Source: Macrostomum lignano
Lineage: Eukaryota
Direction of reading: 5' to 3'
Assembly (NCBI GenBank): GCA_002269645.1
Contig: NIVC01004019.1
Location: forward strand, 1-49,595
DNA: 49,595 nucleotides
Shown: positions 19,099 to 31,900 of the stretch, one piece after another
How positions within the stretch are numbered: position 1 is the stretch's first letter
How the letters are laid out: every line of letters starts with the position of its first letter
Translations under genes and position numbers: made by a program
Notes under the pieces: generated by a model
The model's input: the letters and a program-made list of their open reading frames with translations, nothing else
What the model was told of the DNA's origin: nothing
Databases searched by the model: none

Positions 19099-19586
19099 TT
19101 AATAATTGTCATATTCATCCGCATCTACGTCATCACCCTCAGCCTCTTCTTCTTCATCATCCTCATTCTCAGCCTCATCAGCAGCATCGGCCGCGTCCCT
19201 ATCAACAAAGAAATGATCGAACTGGAACTGCCGCCTCTGTATGTCGTGCTCCAGGTGGACTCGATCGCCTTCGAAATCCGACCGGCTGGCCACGTGATCG
19301 GCCAGCCGCTTGACGAATTCGTCACCATGGCCGGGAATGTCCAGCCCTGTGACACTGTTGAACAGCTGCTCCGGCTCTGGCACGTCCGGGACGCCTTTAC
19401 GGCTGAAGAATGAGCAGGCGGTGCGGCAGTCGCGCAGCAGGAAGTCCAACGCTCTGGGGTGCTCGTGATCCACGGCCTGCGGGGTGGGAAGCGGGTTTAT
19501 GAAATAAATTCATAGTTTAGTGCCCCTCAGATGCACATATTATAATAAGAGAGGATAATCCAGGACAGACAGACAGACAGATAGGC

Positions 19587-19675
<89 letters not shown>

Positions 19676-19688
19676 CACAGGCAGACAC

Positions 19689-19722
<34 letters not shown>

Positions 19723-20647
19723 TCAGAGACAGACAGACAGACAGACAGACTCAGAGACAGAAAATCTACCTGAGACACATCGATAATCCAGACGGTGTTG
19801 CGCCACCACAGCAGGTTGTACTCGCTGTAGTCCGCATGCACCAGTCGACACTCGTTGTACAGCTGGTGCAGGTAGCCGGCCGCCTGGTCCCAGGCGCTGC
19901 GCCATTGAATAGCCTCAAGGCGGCAGTCTTTGAGTCGGGGCGCGGCGCAGCCGGACTCGCCGATGAAGCTCATGGCCAGGACGTGGCCGCGGAGTAGAAG
20001 CGGCTTCGGGCAGGGCAGGCCAAGCTTTTGAAGCCGGCGCAGGCTGAGCAGCTCCTTCTCGCACCAGACTCGCATCACCTGATTGATTGATTGATTGATT
20101 GACTGATTGACAGACTGATTGATGGATTGACTGACTGATTGACTGATTGGTTGATTGATTGGTTGATTGACTGACTGATTGACTGACTGATTGACTGATT
20201 GACTGACTGATTGATGGATTGACAGACTGATTGACTGATTGATTGATTGACTGATTGATTGATTGATTGACTGATTGATTGATTGGTTGATTGATTGACT
20301 GACTGATTGACTGATTGATTGACTGATTGGTTGATTGATTGATTGATTGGTTGATTTATTGACTGACTGATTGATTGGTTGATTGATTGACTGACTGATT
20401 GACTGATTGATTGACTGATTGGTTGATTGATTGATTGATTGGTTGATTTATTGACTGACTGATTGACTGATTGATTGACTGATTGGTTGATTGATTGACT
20501 GACTGATTGACTGACCGACTGCTTGATTGATTGACTGATTGGTTGATTGATTGACTGACTGATTGGTTGATTGATTGATTGACTGATTGGTTGATTGATT
20601 GACTTACTGATTGACTGACTGATTGATGGATTGACTGATTGATTGAC

Positions 20648-20683
<36 letters not shown>

Positions 20684-23636
20684 ATGCAGTTTATACATTT
20701 TTGTTTCTTTTAAATTTCTTTGTTGCCTCCCCAATGGCGGGGCAGATTGCTAAGTCTAAAGGAGAATCCCTGAAGACTTTGTTCCCGCGTGCGTGCCCTA
20801 AAAATTAATTTGGCCGCCGCGCACAAACTGGCCTACTAAATAGTAGCAATGAAAGAATGTACAGCGTTCTTATAGTGCGTGTGAAAGTGTTGCGCAATGC
20901 TGACGAAGAGATTAAATGCCATGGAATCAGTCGCGTGGTCACTAATAGCTAGCTGACAATGACAAACAGTTTTTCTATAATACCCATGTTAAATAATTTA
21001 CCTTCCGAGGATTCTGCCATTTGAGTTTGTCCTTGCACACTCGCGAGTCGCCAGTAACGTAATCGGATCGAGCTTTAAACTCGTTAAGCGTCGTTTTGAA
21101 CACCTTGATAGCCACCTCTCTTGGCATCGGCTTGCCAGCTGGAGTTGTGGCCGAGTCGCTGCAGTAGGCGTGAAGCACCTGCGGATGGCCAGGTAGTTAC
21201 TAAATGTTTTCTTTTAATAATAAACTTTTCTCTAACTAATTAATATACTTTGCTAATAAATTTGCGTCTAGAGCTACAATAGGTGTACTTCTGTAGATAA
21301 TAAATGTTTTTCTGTAGTTTATGAATGTAATTTTATAGTTTATAATTGTAATTTTATAGCTTTTAATAAATGTACTTATGTTGCAAATGTACTTTTGCGG
21401 CATAAAATAAATGTACTTTAATGGCTTATAATTATAATTTTATAGCTCAAAATGTACTCTTATAGCTTATAATAAATGTAATTAAATATGTTACAAATTT
21501 ACTTTTGCAGCATATAATAAATGTACTTTTATGGATTATAATTGTACTTCTATAGCTTAAAATGTACTTTTATAGCGTATAATAAATGTACCTAAATAGC
21601 TTACATATGTTCTTTTACAGCATATTATAAATGCAGTTTTATGGCTTATAATTGTACTTTTATAGCTTAAAATTTACTTTTTCTAAACTTGTAAATGTAC
21701 TTCTATAGGCAATAAATGTACTTCTGTAGCTAATACACACTTATAGAGCTCTAATAAATGTACTTTTATCACCTTGATTTACAAGCACTGCTACCAAAAG
21801 TCACAGCAACCAATCGCAATCGCGCACTCACCACGCTCTCCTTTCCCGTGGCCACAATGCCGCCCAAGCTATCGAACCGGCCGGCATTGACCAGTTTAAA
21901 CAGCACCGATCGAGTCTTCTCATCCAGAGCTGACTCGGCCGTGCTTCTCTCCTGCTTGTCGTGCACTCGAACTTGCCGACGCTCGGACAGCTCAGCGTGC
22001 TGCTTCAGCGAATTAAAGACCCGGTTATTCAGCCGGAGATCCAGGCCGCTGGTGTCGCCTTCGCGAAAGCCCAGCCCGAATTCCGACAATTTGTCGGCAT
22101 TCCGACGACCGGTCAGTTCGGTGTCGTGTTTAGTTCGAAAATCGACTCCAGGACCGCCGCCGCGATTGCGACGCCGGCTACCGGGAGCGGCCTCGGCGGA
22201 CGGCTTTGACGGCATCCTCCAATCTTCTTCTTCAGCGTCTTCGTCTTCATCGACGTCCTCGGCGGCGTCATCTTCAAAGCCATATTCGGCGCCCACGCGG
22301 TGGTTGGCCAGTGTGACGCGGACCTGTTGGGTGAAATGCTCTAATTAACAATAATGCATGCAAAGCGCCGTGAAGAAGCTTTGATCTGTAATTTTGCTGT
22401 TCCCCTGCTGAACCTGTGGCCGCACCATATCGAAATGCCCTACTTAAAGAAAGTTAATGTATTCTAGAATGCGTCATATCTATTTCTAGGAATCACGCGC
22501 AAACAGAGTGATTCAGAACCCCTCGTAGGACCAACGTCTGTTTGATCAAGGAACCGCTTTCCAACAGCTGTATTTGCTTAACCCCATACATGGTAATGCT
22601 CAAAACCAATCTCTGAGGGACCACACTTGTCCAACTAGTAAGCGTTTGCCAGCTTTAGTTCTTTGCTGCTAGCATTAATGTTGATTAATTAAGTTTACGA
22701 GAGCCGTTTATTGTCGAAACATTTGAGAAAGGCCTCCTTGTTTCCTAGGGTATATTCCTAGAGGATTTATTGCTTAATTTGGGTTACCCCTTACGCTTCG
22801 GACGTAACGAAGAAGACGCCCTTCAGGAGAACCTACTACAGAAACTCAAAGAAACTCATTAGGGCGCACGTTCGATTGTTGATTCCGAGTTCGAGGACTG
22901 TCAAGAAATTCTGACTCGTTTTGGTCGACCCGCAGATAAAGTCAGCGACTCAGAGGTGACACTTCACCGCCGCTGAACCAAGAGAAACCTAGAAGTTCTA
23001 AGAGGAGCCGCACCAGTAAGAGTTGTTTGATTTTGCATATACCTATATAGGCACTTGTTCCCCAGTGTCTAGAAGTGGCAGTTTTCGAGTGACTGATCGC
23101 CACTCTTAAACTCTTCACATTTTCAATGATTGTAGATTCCTGGGATTTAAGGACTTCTATCAATTTGATTGAGTAACTTATAAACATGGAGTCATCATAA
23201 TCACCTTCTGACTGCTATTGATTCGTTTCTCGCTAGCTTGCAGATTTTTGTTGTACTCGCGATCGAATTCCTGCTGCAGTTTCAGCGCCAGCACGTGGTC
23301 GCTGTCAGTTTCATCTTGAACTCCTGATGTTGGCACACTAGCAGTGGCATCTTCTGCTGATGCTCCATCTGACTCAGCATTGTTTGGATTTGGATTGTTG
23401 ACTTCATCAAATTGACGTTGTAGACTCAAAGCCATGGCTTCATCCTTTAGCATTTGCTCAATGCACCGCGACTCTTGCTCTTCCTGAATATGACTAACTA
23501 GCTGCTCAGACATGACCTCATTGAGAGATTCTGGTTTAGGTGCTGAAACTGAGCCCCAAGCATATCTAGGTGTTGCTGATTTAGTTTGCTGCTTAGAAAT
23601 GGTGGATGCTTCTGTTGCAGGTTTGGACTGCATCAT
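19099..23636 (-). CDS. RIOK3: Host RIO kinase 3; exons 23636-23205, 22323-21832, 21178-21002, 20078-19770, 19476-19099
   Basis: SLNEVMSEQL, LALKLQQEFD, VDFRTKHD...RRNADKL, ATGKESVV, VAIKVFKTTLNEFK, LVHADYSEYNLL, IIDVSQAVDHEHPRALDFL. GT-AG boundaries keep the frame. Confidence 0.93.
19561..19760. repeat. (CAGA)n microsatellite in a RIOK3 intron
   Basis: Direct reading. Confidence 0.95.
20081..20680. repeat. (ATTG/ACTG)n microsatellite in a RIOK3 intron
   Basis: Direct reading. Confidence 0.95.
21280..21750. repeat. Degenerate AT-rich tandem repeat in a RIOK3 intron
   Basis: Recurrent ATAAATGTACTTTTATAGCTTA-like units. Confidence 0.7.
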
Positions 23637-25559
23637 TTCTTCAACTATATGGAAGTCGATTGCATCAAAAAGCATATATTAATATGATATATAATTCATT
23701 CATTATACATCCTAGAATAGCATACTGATATAAATTAATTATTAAGAAAACAAATCAAAATGTTTTTAAAGTTAGCAAATGCAATAAAAAACGTTATACT
23801 ATAAACAGTTGTATTTCATTAAAAATGGCCTTTACAATATAATTTTTTTTATTTAGAGCAACATTTTTTACTTATTTTTAACTATAAATAATATAAAAAC
23901 TGATAGGCCTAATTATAGAGATAGGCCTAGTTAGGAATTTTATTAGGGCCTAGCAAATCTCCTTTGGTATATTAGTTTAAACTACAATAACCAATGAATT
24001 CAAAATAATATTTTCAAAAACAACCACAAAATATTGTTTATACCATTAAAGGATAAAGCATAGAGCTGCTACATTGACTTTAAAATAAAGAAAAAAACAA
24101 TGGCACTAGGGGAGAATTTAAAAGTACAACTAGCTTTAGACTTATTTAGGCCTTAGGGTAATATATGAACTATAGGTAATTACCTATGTATGGTTCAAAA
24201 AATATAAGCCTAAATATTTTCTATGAAAATGAAAATTCACAAATTCAGAAATTTCGCCAGTGCAGTGTTGCCACCTATGCTATGCAAAATGAAGAAAAAA
24301 TTATTTATAAATGAATACGTTTGCCTCAATTTTATACCTTTAGCAAGCAAAAATACGAATTCAAGGTACTTATTAAATTTAGCTAATATTTTTCAGACAC
24401 ACAACACATTAGAAATTATTTCGCTCTTTTATAGAAAACGGTGAACTTGATTTGTGAAAGCGTCACATGTATTGCACAATATATTGAAAAAATGAAGTTC
24501 TTAAATATTAATAATTTATATTTAAAGCTTTATTATGTTGCATTTTAGGCAAAACAAAAAACATAAAATTTTATTTGGGTTAGTTAAGATTTGTATTGTG
24601 TTATAATTTAGTACATAAAAGTCGTCATTTTAATTAAGGAAAATGAAATATTTTTAATTATAACATTAACACGTGCGTGCGTGCGCGTGCGTGAGCTCTC
24701 CATTAGGCCTAAGCCTATGTTTGCTGTGTCCCCTGTGTGTGCAAACTGTGCTGAGTTAGAGTGCCGAGTTATCTCTCATGTAATACTGTCGTTGTCGTCC
24801 TTGATCCATTTGGACTAATTTCTATCGAGTTTCGTGGCGCTGTATGCCTAGTCAAATACCCAAAATTTAGTAGTAACTAGCCTTTATCCCCCGCTTGGGC
24901 CTTAAAAATTACACCAATTTTTATTTTGGACCAAAAGTAACCATTAATTTCATTTCTATTAATCAAAAATTAAGTTTTCTGATTTTGGCAAAAATAAATT
25001 GCCATGAATCAAAACTTTCACCAGCCAAAAAATTTTCCTTCAGCCCAAAACCCTATTTCAATCTGCAAATAGTGCTTATCCTTTCAAGCACAAACTCTTA
25101 GTGCAATATTGTCATTGGCCTGGGCATATTCTAATTCATAGCAGGAGCTCAATATGCCAATCCCTGACAGCCTTGACCTCTTTACAACTTTAGGACTTTA
25201 TTTACAATATTTAGCCTAGTGGCCTAAGTCAAAGAACCATTAACCATTAGGCCCTAACCTTCAATAAATGTGTCGGTATTTCTTATATTTCCTATTAGCA
25301 AAAATCAGCATCACTTGTGTGTACTATTTCAATATCTAAATTAAATGAGCTACTTGGTCTTGAGCCATACTATTTGACAATCTAACAATCACTCAACAAT
25401 CTAACCCCTTCCCTCCAACAATTCAGCCATTCCCCATGAGCCTTGATATCTCAGCAATTCTCCCAGTAGGCCTAGGCCTTGACATCTTAGAAATTCTCTT
25501 AGTAGGCCTAAGCATTAACATTGCAGCAATTAAACTTGAGCCTTGACAGCTATGCAATT

Positions 25560-26010
25560 CTTCCAGCCTAGTAAGCCTTGATAGCTGCGCAATTCTTCCA
25601 GCCTAGTAAGCCTTGACATCTCAGCAATTCCCTAGTAAGCCTTGACATCTCAGCAATTCCCCAGTAAGCCTTGGCATCTCAGCAATTCCCCAGTAAGCCT
25701 TGATATCTCAGCATTCCCCAGTAAGCCTGGGCATCTCAGCAATTCCCCCAGTAAACCTTAACATCTCAGAAATTCCTTCAGTAAGCCTTGACATCTTAGC
25801 AATTCCCCTAGTAAGTCTTGGCATCTAAAAAAATTCCTCAGTAAGCCTTAACATCCCAGCAATTCTCCCAGTAAGCCTTGGCATCTAAAACATTTCCTTA
25901 GTAAGCCTTGGCATTTTAGCAATTCCCCCAGTAAGCCTTGACATCTCAGAAATTTCCTTAGTAAGCCTTGACATCTTAGCAATTCCTAGTAAGCCTTGGC
26001 ATCTTAGCTT
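25560..26010. repeat. ~27-30 bp minisatellite
   Basis: Recurrent CAGTAAGCCTTGACATCTCAGCAATTCCC. Confidence 0.88.
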
Positions 26011-28990
26011 TTAGTCTTACTCCTAATAAGGCTTGCACAAATTGCAATTGCAATCTATAATTTATGTTGAGACCAAAGAGATTTGCTGATAGGCCTAGGC
26101 CTACTTATTTATTTGGTTATTTGATCATTATTAAATTCAATCACCTATGATTTTGCTATATAGGGGCTATCTTATAAAATTGTTTGTTCAACTCACATTT
26201 TTTAGCTATTCACATGAAACTTTCCAAAAGTGAATATTTTCACTAGGCCTGCCAACATTTTAGAAGTGTTTTGCATTAAAATATTTGTGAATGATTTTGC
26301 TTTTGCATGATTTAATAAAATATTTGTTAGTTCAAGGCCTGGGCAAAGCTCTTGAGATAGGCCCCTATTATATGAAATTAGCGCACAAAAAAATTGCATA
26401 ATTGTTAATAATATTAATAATATTTATAGTTGTTAAAATGTAGAAAAAACTAGAAATTATACAATAAAAGTGACGTTGTGACCCCTAAAATTGAATTTTA
26501 ATGCCAAAAAACTTCTAAAATGTTGGCATAATGAAAATATTCATTTTTGGAAAGTTTCATATCAATAGGCCCAGCTAAAAATATGCATACAGTAAGTTTA
26601 ATGAACAACTTTGCAGGATAGCCATTATAGGCTAGGCTAGGCCTGTAATGTAGTTGCAAGTTAGATGACTTTAAAATAGGCCCTATGCAAATATACATAT
26701 AGTATAGTTGGTCTTGACTCATTTTGTCTAAAAATGCCCCCCCCCCTAGGCGACGCATCTGCAATTGCTACCCTTGACTAATATCACAGATCATGTATAT
26801 GAAGCACATATATATATTTACAGTATAGCCTAATATTTCTGCTTCTATTCTATTTTCCTTGGCTTCCTATTGGCCTAAGACTAGGGCTAAAAACCTGACC
26901 ACTTGAGCATTTGGGATTTCTATAGGGATAAATGAGGATTTCATATAAACTTAAGGCTTTATAATAGAGCCTAAAGCATTCCCCATTGCATCCCAATTCT
27001 AGAATTGGTGTAAAGAACATTATAATTGTAATATTTGCCAAGCATTTTGTCAATCTGATCCCAGACTTCTAAGCCAAGATCCTAGGGCCTAGGCCTACTA
27101 TAGGCCAAATGGCAACTATTTGGCTCCAAATAAAGGAATTAGTATAGAGAAATAAGGACCTGTCACCCAATGCTTCAGGCTCTATTCTAAACTCTTATAT
27201 TCACTCTATAATTAAGATCATGGCATACATGCCTTAGAATATTTTAAAATACCTAAAACTTTTTGTCCCAATGCCTTAAAACTTAGACTCAAAGTCTGCT
27301 CTTAGTTTAATGCCTTGAAATATTCCATAATCTTTGCCTTGATACCCTAAAGTACTGGTAGTCCTAATTTTTGCCTTGTGGTCCCATTTAGTCCTTTCTA
27401 TAGAGATCTACATTGCAGTATTGGTCAGCAAATAGGCAACATGGCTTGGCTCTATCATGCAAGTCAACCACTTTGTGCTCACTATCCCATTTTATTCCTG
27501 ACTTATCCCATTGTCAAGAAGATGTCTAGTGTATACAAGAGTTTTTTGGACAAAATTTTAGATGCATACCAAGTAGGGCCTATACAAAAAATAGGAAATG
27601 TGATTTTGTTATATATGCCAAAATTTCAAAATTATGCAACCTTACTTTTGCACTGACAATAAAGGACCTTTTTTATGTTACAAAAATTATATCAATCTTT
27701 TTTCAATAACAAAAGAAATCTTATGTCTATTACTCCTTTATAACAACTTGCAATTATGCAAAGTTCTGGTACCTAAATTCTCTGAAATAGCACTATAACA
27801 TTTGATTAATATTTTTATTTGTATTCCCATCACCTCTTAACCACTAGGCCCTACCCTTTGCCTCAAAATGTTTTATCTTTCACTATTGAAACTGGAAGAT
27901 ACTTGCACCTATTTTCAAATAGCTTTGTCTACTACTTTTTATACACTAAATATAACTTTGTAAATGCCTTTGTAAAAGTTTGTGTCTTGCAACATTGTGA
28001 AATTTAGGGTTTGTGAATGGTGAAAGCAACCTAGCTAGGGCCCTATTTGGCTCCAAATAAAGGGATTGGCATAGAGAATTTGGGACCTATGTTTGACTAT
28101 TTTGACTCTTAAGTTCATATCCTCTTTAGCATTTAACTTTACCAGTTTTACTGTTTATGCATAGGTGAAATGCTCTAATGCAAATGTAAATGTTTTATGA
28201 AAATGTGTCATCTATGCACTATACTCAACTCTAATTCTAACCCATAAGCTCCATGCCTATGGTCTTCTTCATATTATAGAACCATATATGCATCCACATG
28301 GGTCAGTCATCCCATCTAAATGCAATTTTGTAACTAAATATTTACCCTATCATGCTGCAGACATGTTTTAAATACATGAGTGCATTATTTTGTTAATAAT
28401 AATCAGAGATGCATCAAAGCCAGCAGATTTTGCAGAAAAATATGAATATTCATTGGCTAGTTGCTTTAGTCATTGCATGAGGGTTCAGTTTCAGTTTTTG
28501 CAGCTGCATATGGTATTTTATTGGCAGTTGACAAAGTGACCAAGGTTTGAGATAACTTCATTGACTGGCTGACAAGATAACCAATGCAAAAACTTAGTTT
28601 ACAAAATGGCTAGCACCAAAAAAGAGTTTAACAATTATTTAGTATTTATGTCTGTAACAAAGTAATTTTAACTAGTTATAATTCTATGATAAAAATATTT
28701 TGTCTGAAAAATTTATTCCTGTTGTTGTTGTCTAGGCTACTAATTTATTCTTTTTTTGGCTTTTAGTGAATTAAATTTGTTTCCTGCTATTCGTTCATTG
28801 TAGTTATTGTTCATAAAATTGAATAATAAAACAGGGTCACCAACCCTATGAGAGCTTAAACTACTAAGAGTAGTGCAAAGGCAAACCTGCGTCACCCATA
28901 ATACACTCTCTAAATCTAATTCATGCCATCAGCACAGCCTGATCCTTGGCCAGCTCTCAATTAACTAGCACGACCCGTACCATCAGTGCA

Positions 28991-31900
28991 ATGCTTAGCC
29001 GAACACCCGGTCGGAAGCTCTGTCATATTAATTCGCAACCATGCGAAGCTGTCGAAGTATTCTGCCGTATTAAACCGCCGCCATTGTCTACTGACTTTGA
29101 AGACTGCCTGACGGTCAAGGATGATCGAACAGTAGTGCTCGAGCGGACAAGTGCTATGAGGTATTTGCCTTTAAACTGTTTTTATTATGAATTTTTCTCT
29201 GCAATTATAAATATAGTGTGTAGAGACATGTTTTTTAACTGTTGCGAAATGTAATATTTTTTATGACAATAGTGTATAAGTATATAGGATATTTTGTTGT
29301 TTCTACTGATTTGTCAATATGTGCTTGTTTTGCTACTGATTGAAAGAAATGCGCTGATTTTGCTACTGACAGTAGAAATGCGCTGATTTGGTTACTGACA
29401 GTAGAAATGCGTTGATTTTGCAACTGACAGTAGAAATGCGCTAATTTGCTACTAACAGTAGAAATGCGCTAAATTTACTACTAACAGTAGAAATGCGCTA
29501 AATTTACTACCAACAGTAGAAATGCGTTAATTTTGCTACTGGCAGTAGAAATGCGCTAATTTTGCTACTGACAATAGAAATTTTTTAATTTCGCTGCCAA
29601 CACAAATAAAAAACTCAACTGCAGGTCCACCGAGTACACTTTCACTCGCGTGTTCGACGATGCCTCGAAGCAGTCGGAGGTGTTCAGCAGCGCTGGCCTG
29701 CCGCTGGTGGAGGAGCTGGTGCAGGGCCGCAACGGCCTGCTGTTCACCTACGGAGTGACTGGCAGTGGCAAGAGCTTCACCATGCAGGGCCACCCGGACA
29801 ATCCCGGCCTGCTGCCCCGGTGCCTGGACTCCCTGTTCAACTCTGTGGGCTCCCGACTGGCCAAGAAGTTCGTCATTCAGCCCGATAGGTGCAACGGCTT
29901 CGACATTCACAGCGAGGCTGAGGCCATGATGGAGCGACAGCGGGTGGAGCTGGAGAGACGGCACGGCGGCTGGAGGCAGCTGGAAGCTGAGGTTCGTTTG
30001 TGCTTCATCAGTTGGAGACTTTTGTTCAATTGAGAGCTTTATTCAATACTCGCTTCTGTTAACATTCTCACTCGCTACTGTCAGCAGCCTCACTCGCTAC
30101 TGTCAGCAGCCTCACTCGCTATTGTCAGCAGCCTCACTCGCTTCTGCAGCAGCCTCACTCGCTACTGTCAGCAGCCTCACTTGCTATTGTCAGCAGCCTC
30201 ACTCGTTTCTGTCAGCAGCCTCACTCGCTTCTGTCAGCAGCCTCACTCGCTTCTGTTAACATTCTCACTCGCTACTGTCAGCAGCCTCACTCGCTACTGT
30301 CAGCAGCCTCACTCGCTATTGTCAGCAGCCTCACTCGCTACTGTCAGCAGCCTCACTCGCTTCTGTCAACAGCCTCACTCGCTTCTGTCAACAGCCTCAC
30401 TCGCTACTGTCAGCAGCCTCACTTGCTTCTGTCAGCAGCCTCACTCGCTACTGTCAGCAGCCTCACTTGCTATTGTCAGCAGCCTCACTCGCTTCTGTCA
30501 ACAGCCTCACTCGCTTCTGTCAACAGCCTCACTCGCTACTGTCAGCAGCCTCACTCGCTTCTGTCAGCAGCCTCACTCGCTACTGTCAGCAGCCTCACTC
30601 GCTATTGTCAGCAGCCTCACTCGCTTCTGTCAGCAGCCTCACTCGCTTCTGTCAGCAGCCTCACTCGCTATTGTCAGCAGCCTCACTTGCTACTGTCAGC
30701 AGCCTCACTCGCTTCTGTCAGCAGCCTCACTTGCTATTGTCAGCAGCCTTACTCGCTTCTGTCAGCAGCCTCACTCGCTTCTGTCAGCAGCCTCACTCGC
30801 TACTGTCAGCAGCCTCACTTGCTATTGTCAGCAGCCTCACTCGTTTCTGTCAGCAGCCTCACTCGCTTCTGTCAGCAGCCTCACTCGCTTCTGTCAACAG
30901 CCTCACTCGCTACTGTCAGCAGCCTCACTTGCTATTGTCAGTAGCCTCACTCGCTTCTGTCAGCAGCCTCACTCTCCCCATCCTCCCCTTCACCCAGGCG
31001 GCCTCCCGCATTCGCGAGAGCGCTCGAGTTCCTCTCGGCGAGCTGGAGGGCGACGCCTTCGGTTGCGCGGTCTTCGTGAGCTACGTGGAAATTTACAACA
31101 AGCTCGCCTACGACCTGCTCGAGGATTTCGGAGTCCCCGGCCAGGTGCTGCGGGCGGAGCCGACGTCCCGAGCCCTGCGTGAGGACGCCAGGAGGAACAT
31201 GTACGTGAGCGGCGCCCTGGAGGTCGAGTGCCGCTCCGGTGACGAGGCCTTCGCCGTCTTCCTGAAAGGCTGCGCCAGGAGGCAGGTGGCCCAGACAGCG
31301 CTGAATGCTGAGAGCTCGCGATCTCACTCGGTGTTCACCATCAGGCTGGTGCGGGGCTGCTACGACTGCCGGCTGGGAGAGATGGTTCCGGTGAGTCACT
31401 AATCTGGGTGTGATGGTTCCGGTGAGTCACTAAGCTGGGAGTGATGGTTCCGGTGAGTCACTAAGCTGGGTGTGATGGTTCCGGTGAGTCACTAAGCTGG
31501 GTGTGATGGTTCCGGTGAGTCACTAAGCTGGGTGTGATGGTTCCGGTGAGTCACTAAGCTGGGAGAGATGGTTCCGGTGAGTCACTAATCTGGGTGTGAT
31601 TGTTCCGGTGAGTCACTAAGCTGGGAGAGATGGTTCCGGTGAGTCACTAAGCTGGGAGAGATGGTTCCGGTGAGTCACTAAGCTGGGTGTGATGGTTCCG
31701 GTGAGTCACTAAGCTGGGTGTGATGGTTCCGGTGAGTCACTAAGCTGGGTGTGATGGTTCCGGTGAGTCACTAAGCTGGGAGAGATGGTTCCGGTGAGTC
31801 ACTAATCTGGGTGTGATGGTTCCGGTGAGTCACTAAGCTGGGAGAGATGGTTCCGGTGAGTCACTAAGCTGGGTGTGATGGTTCCGGTGAGTCACTAAGC

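Noticed and set aside
20075-20734. 219-aa SINQ-repeat ORF
   Set aside because: Microsatellite translation.
30181-30972. Long LLSAASL/CQQPHS ORFs
   Set aside because: Translations of the 22-bp intronic repeat. Only the part from 30998 is a real KIF23 exon.
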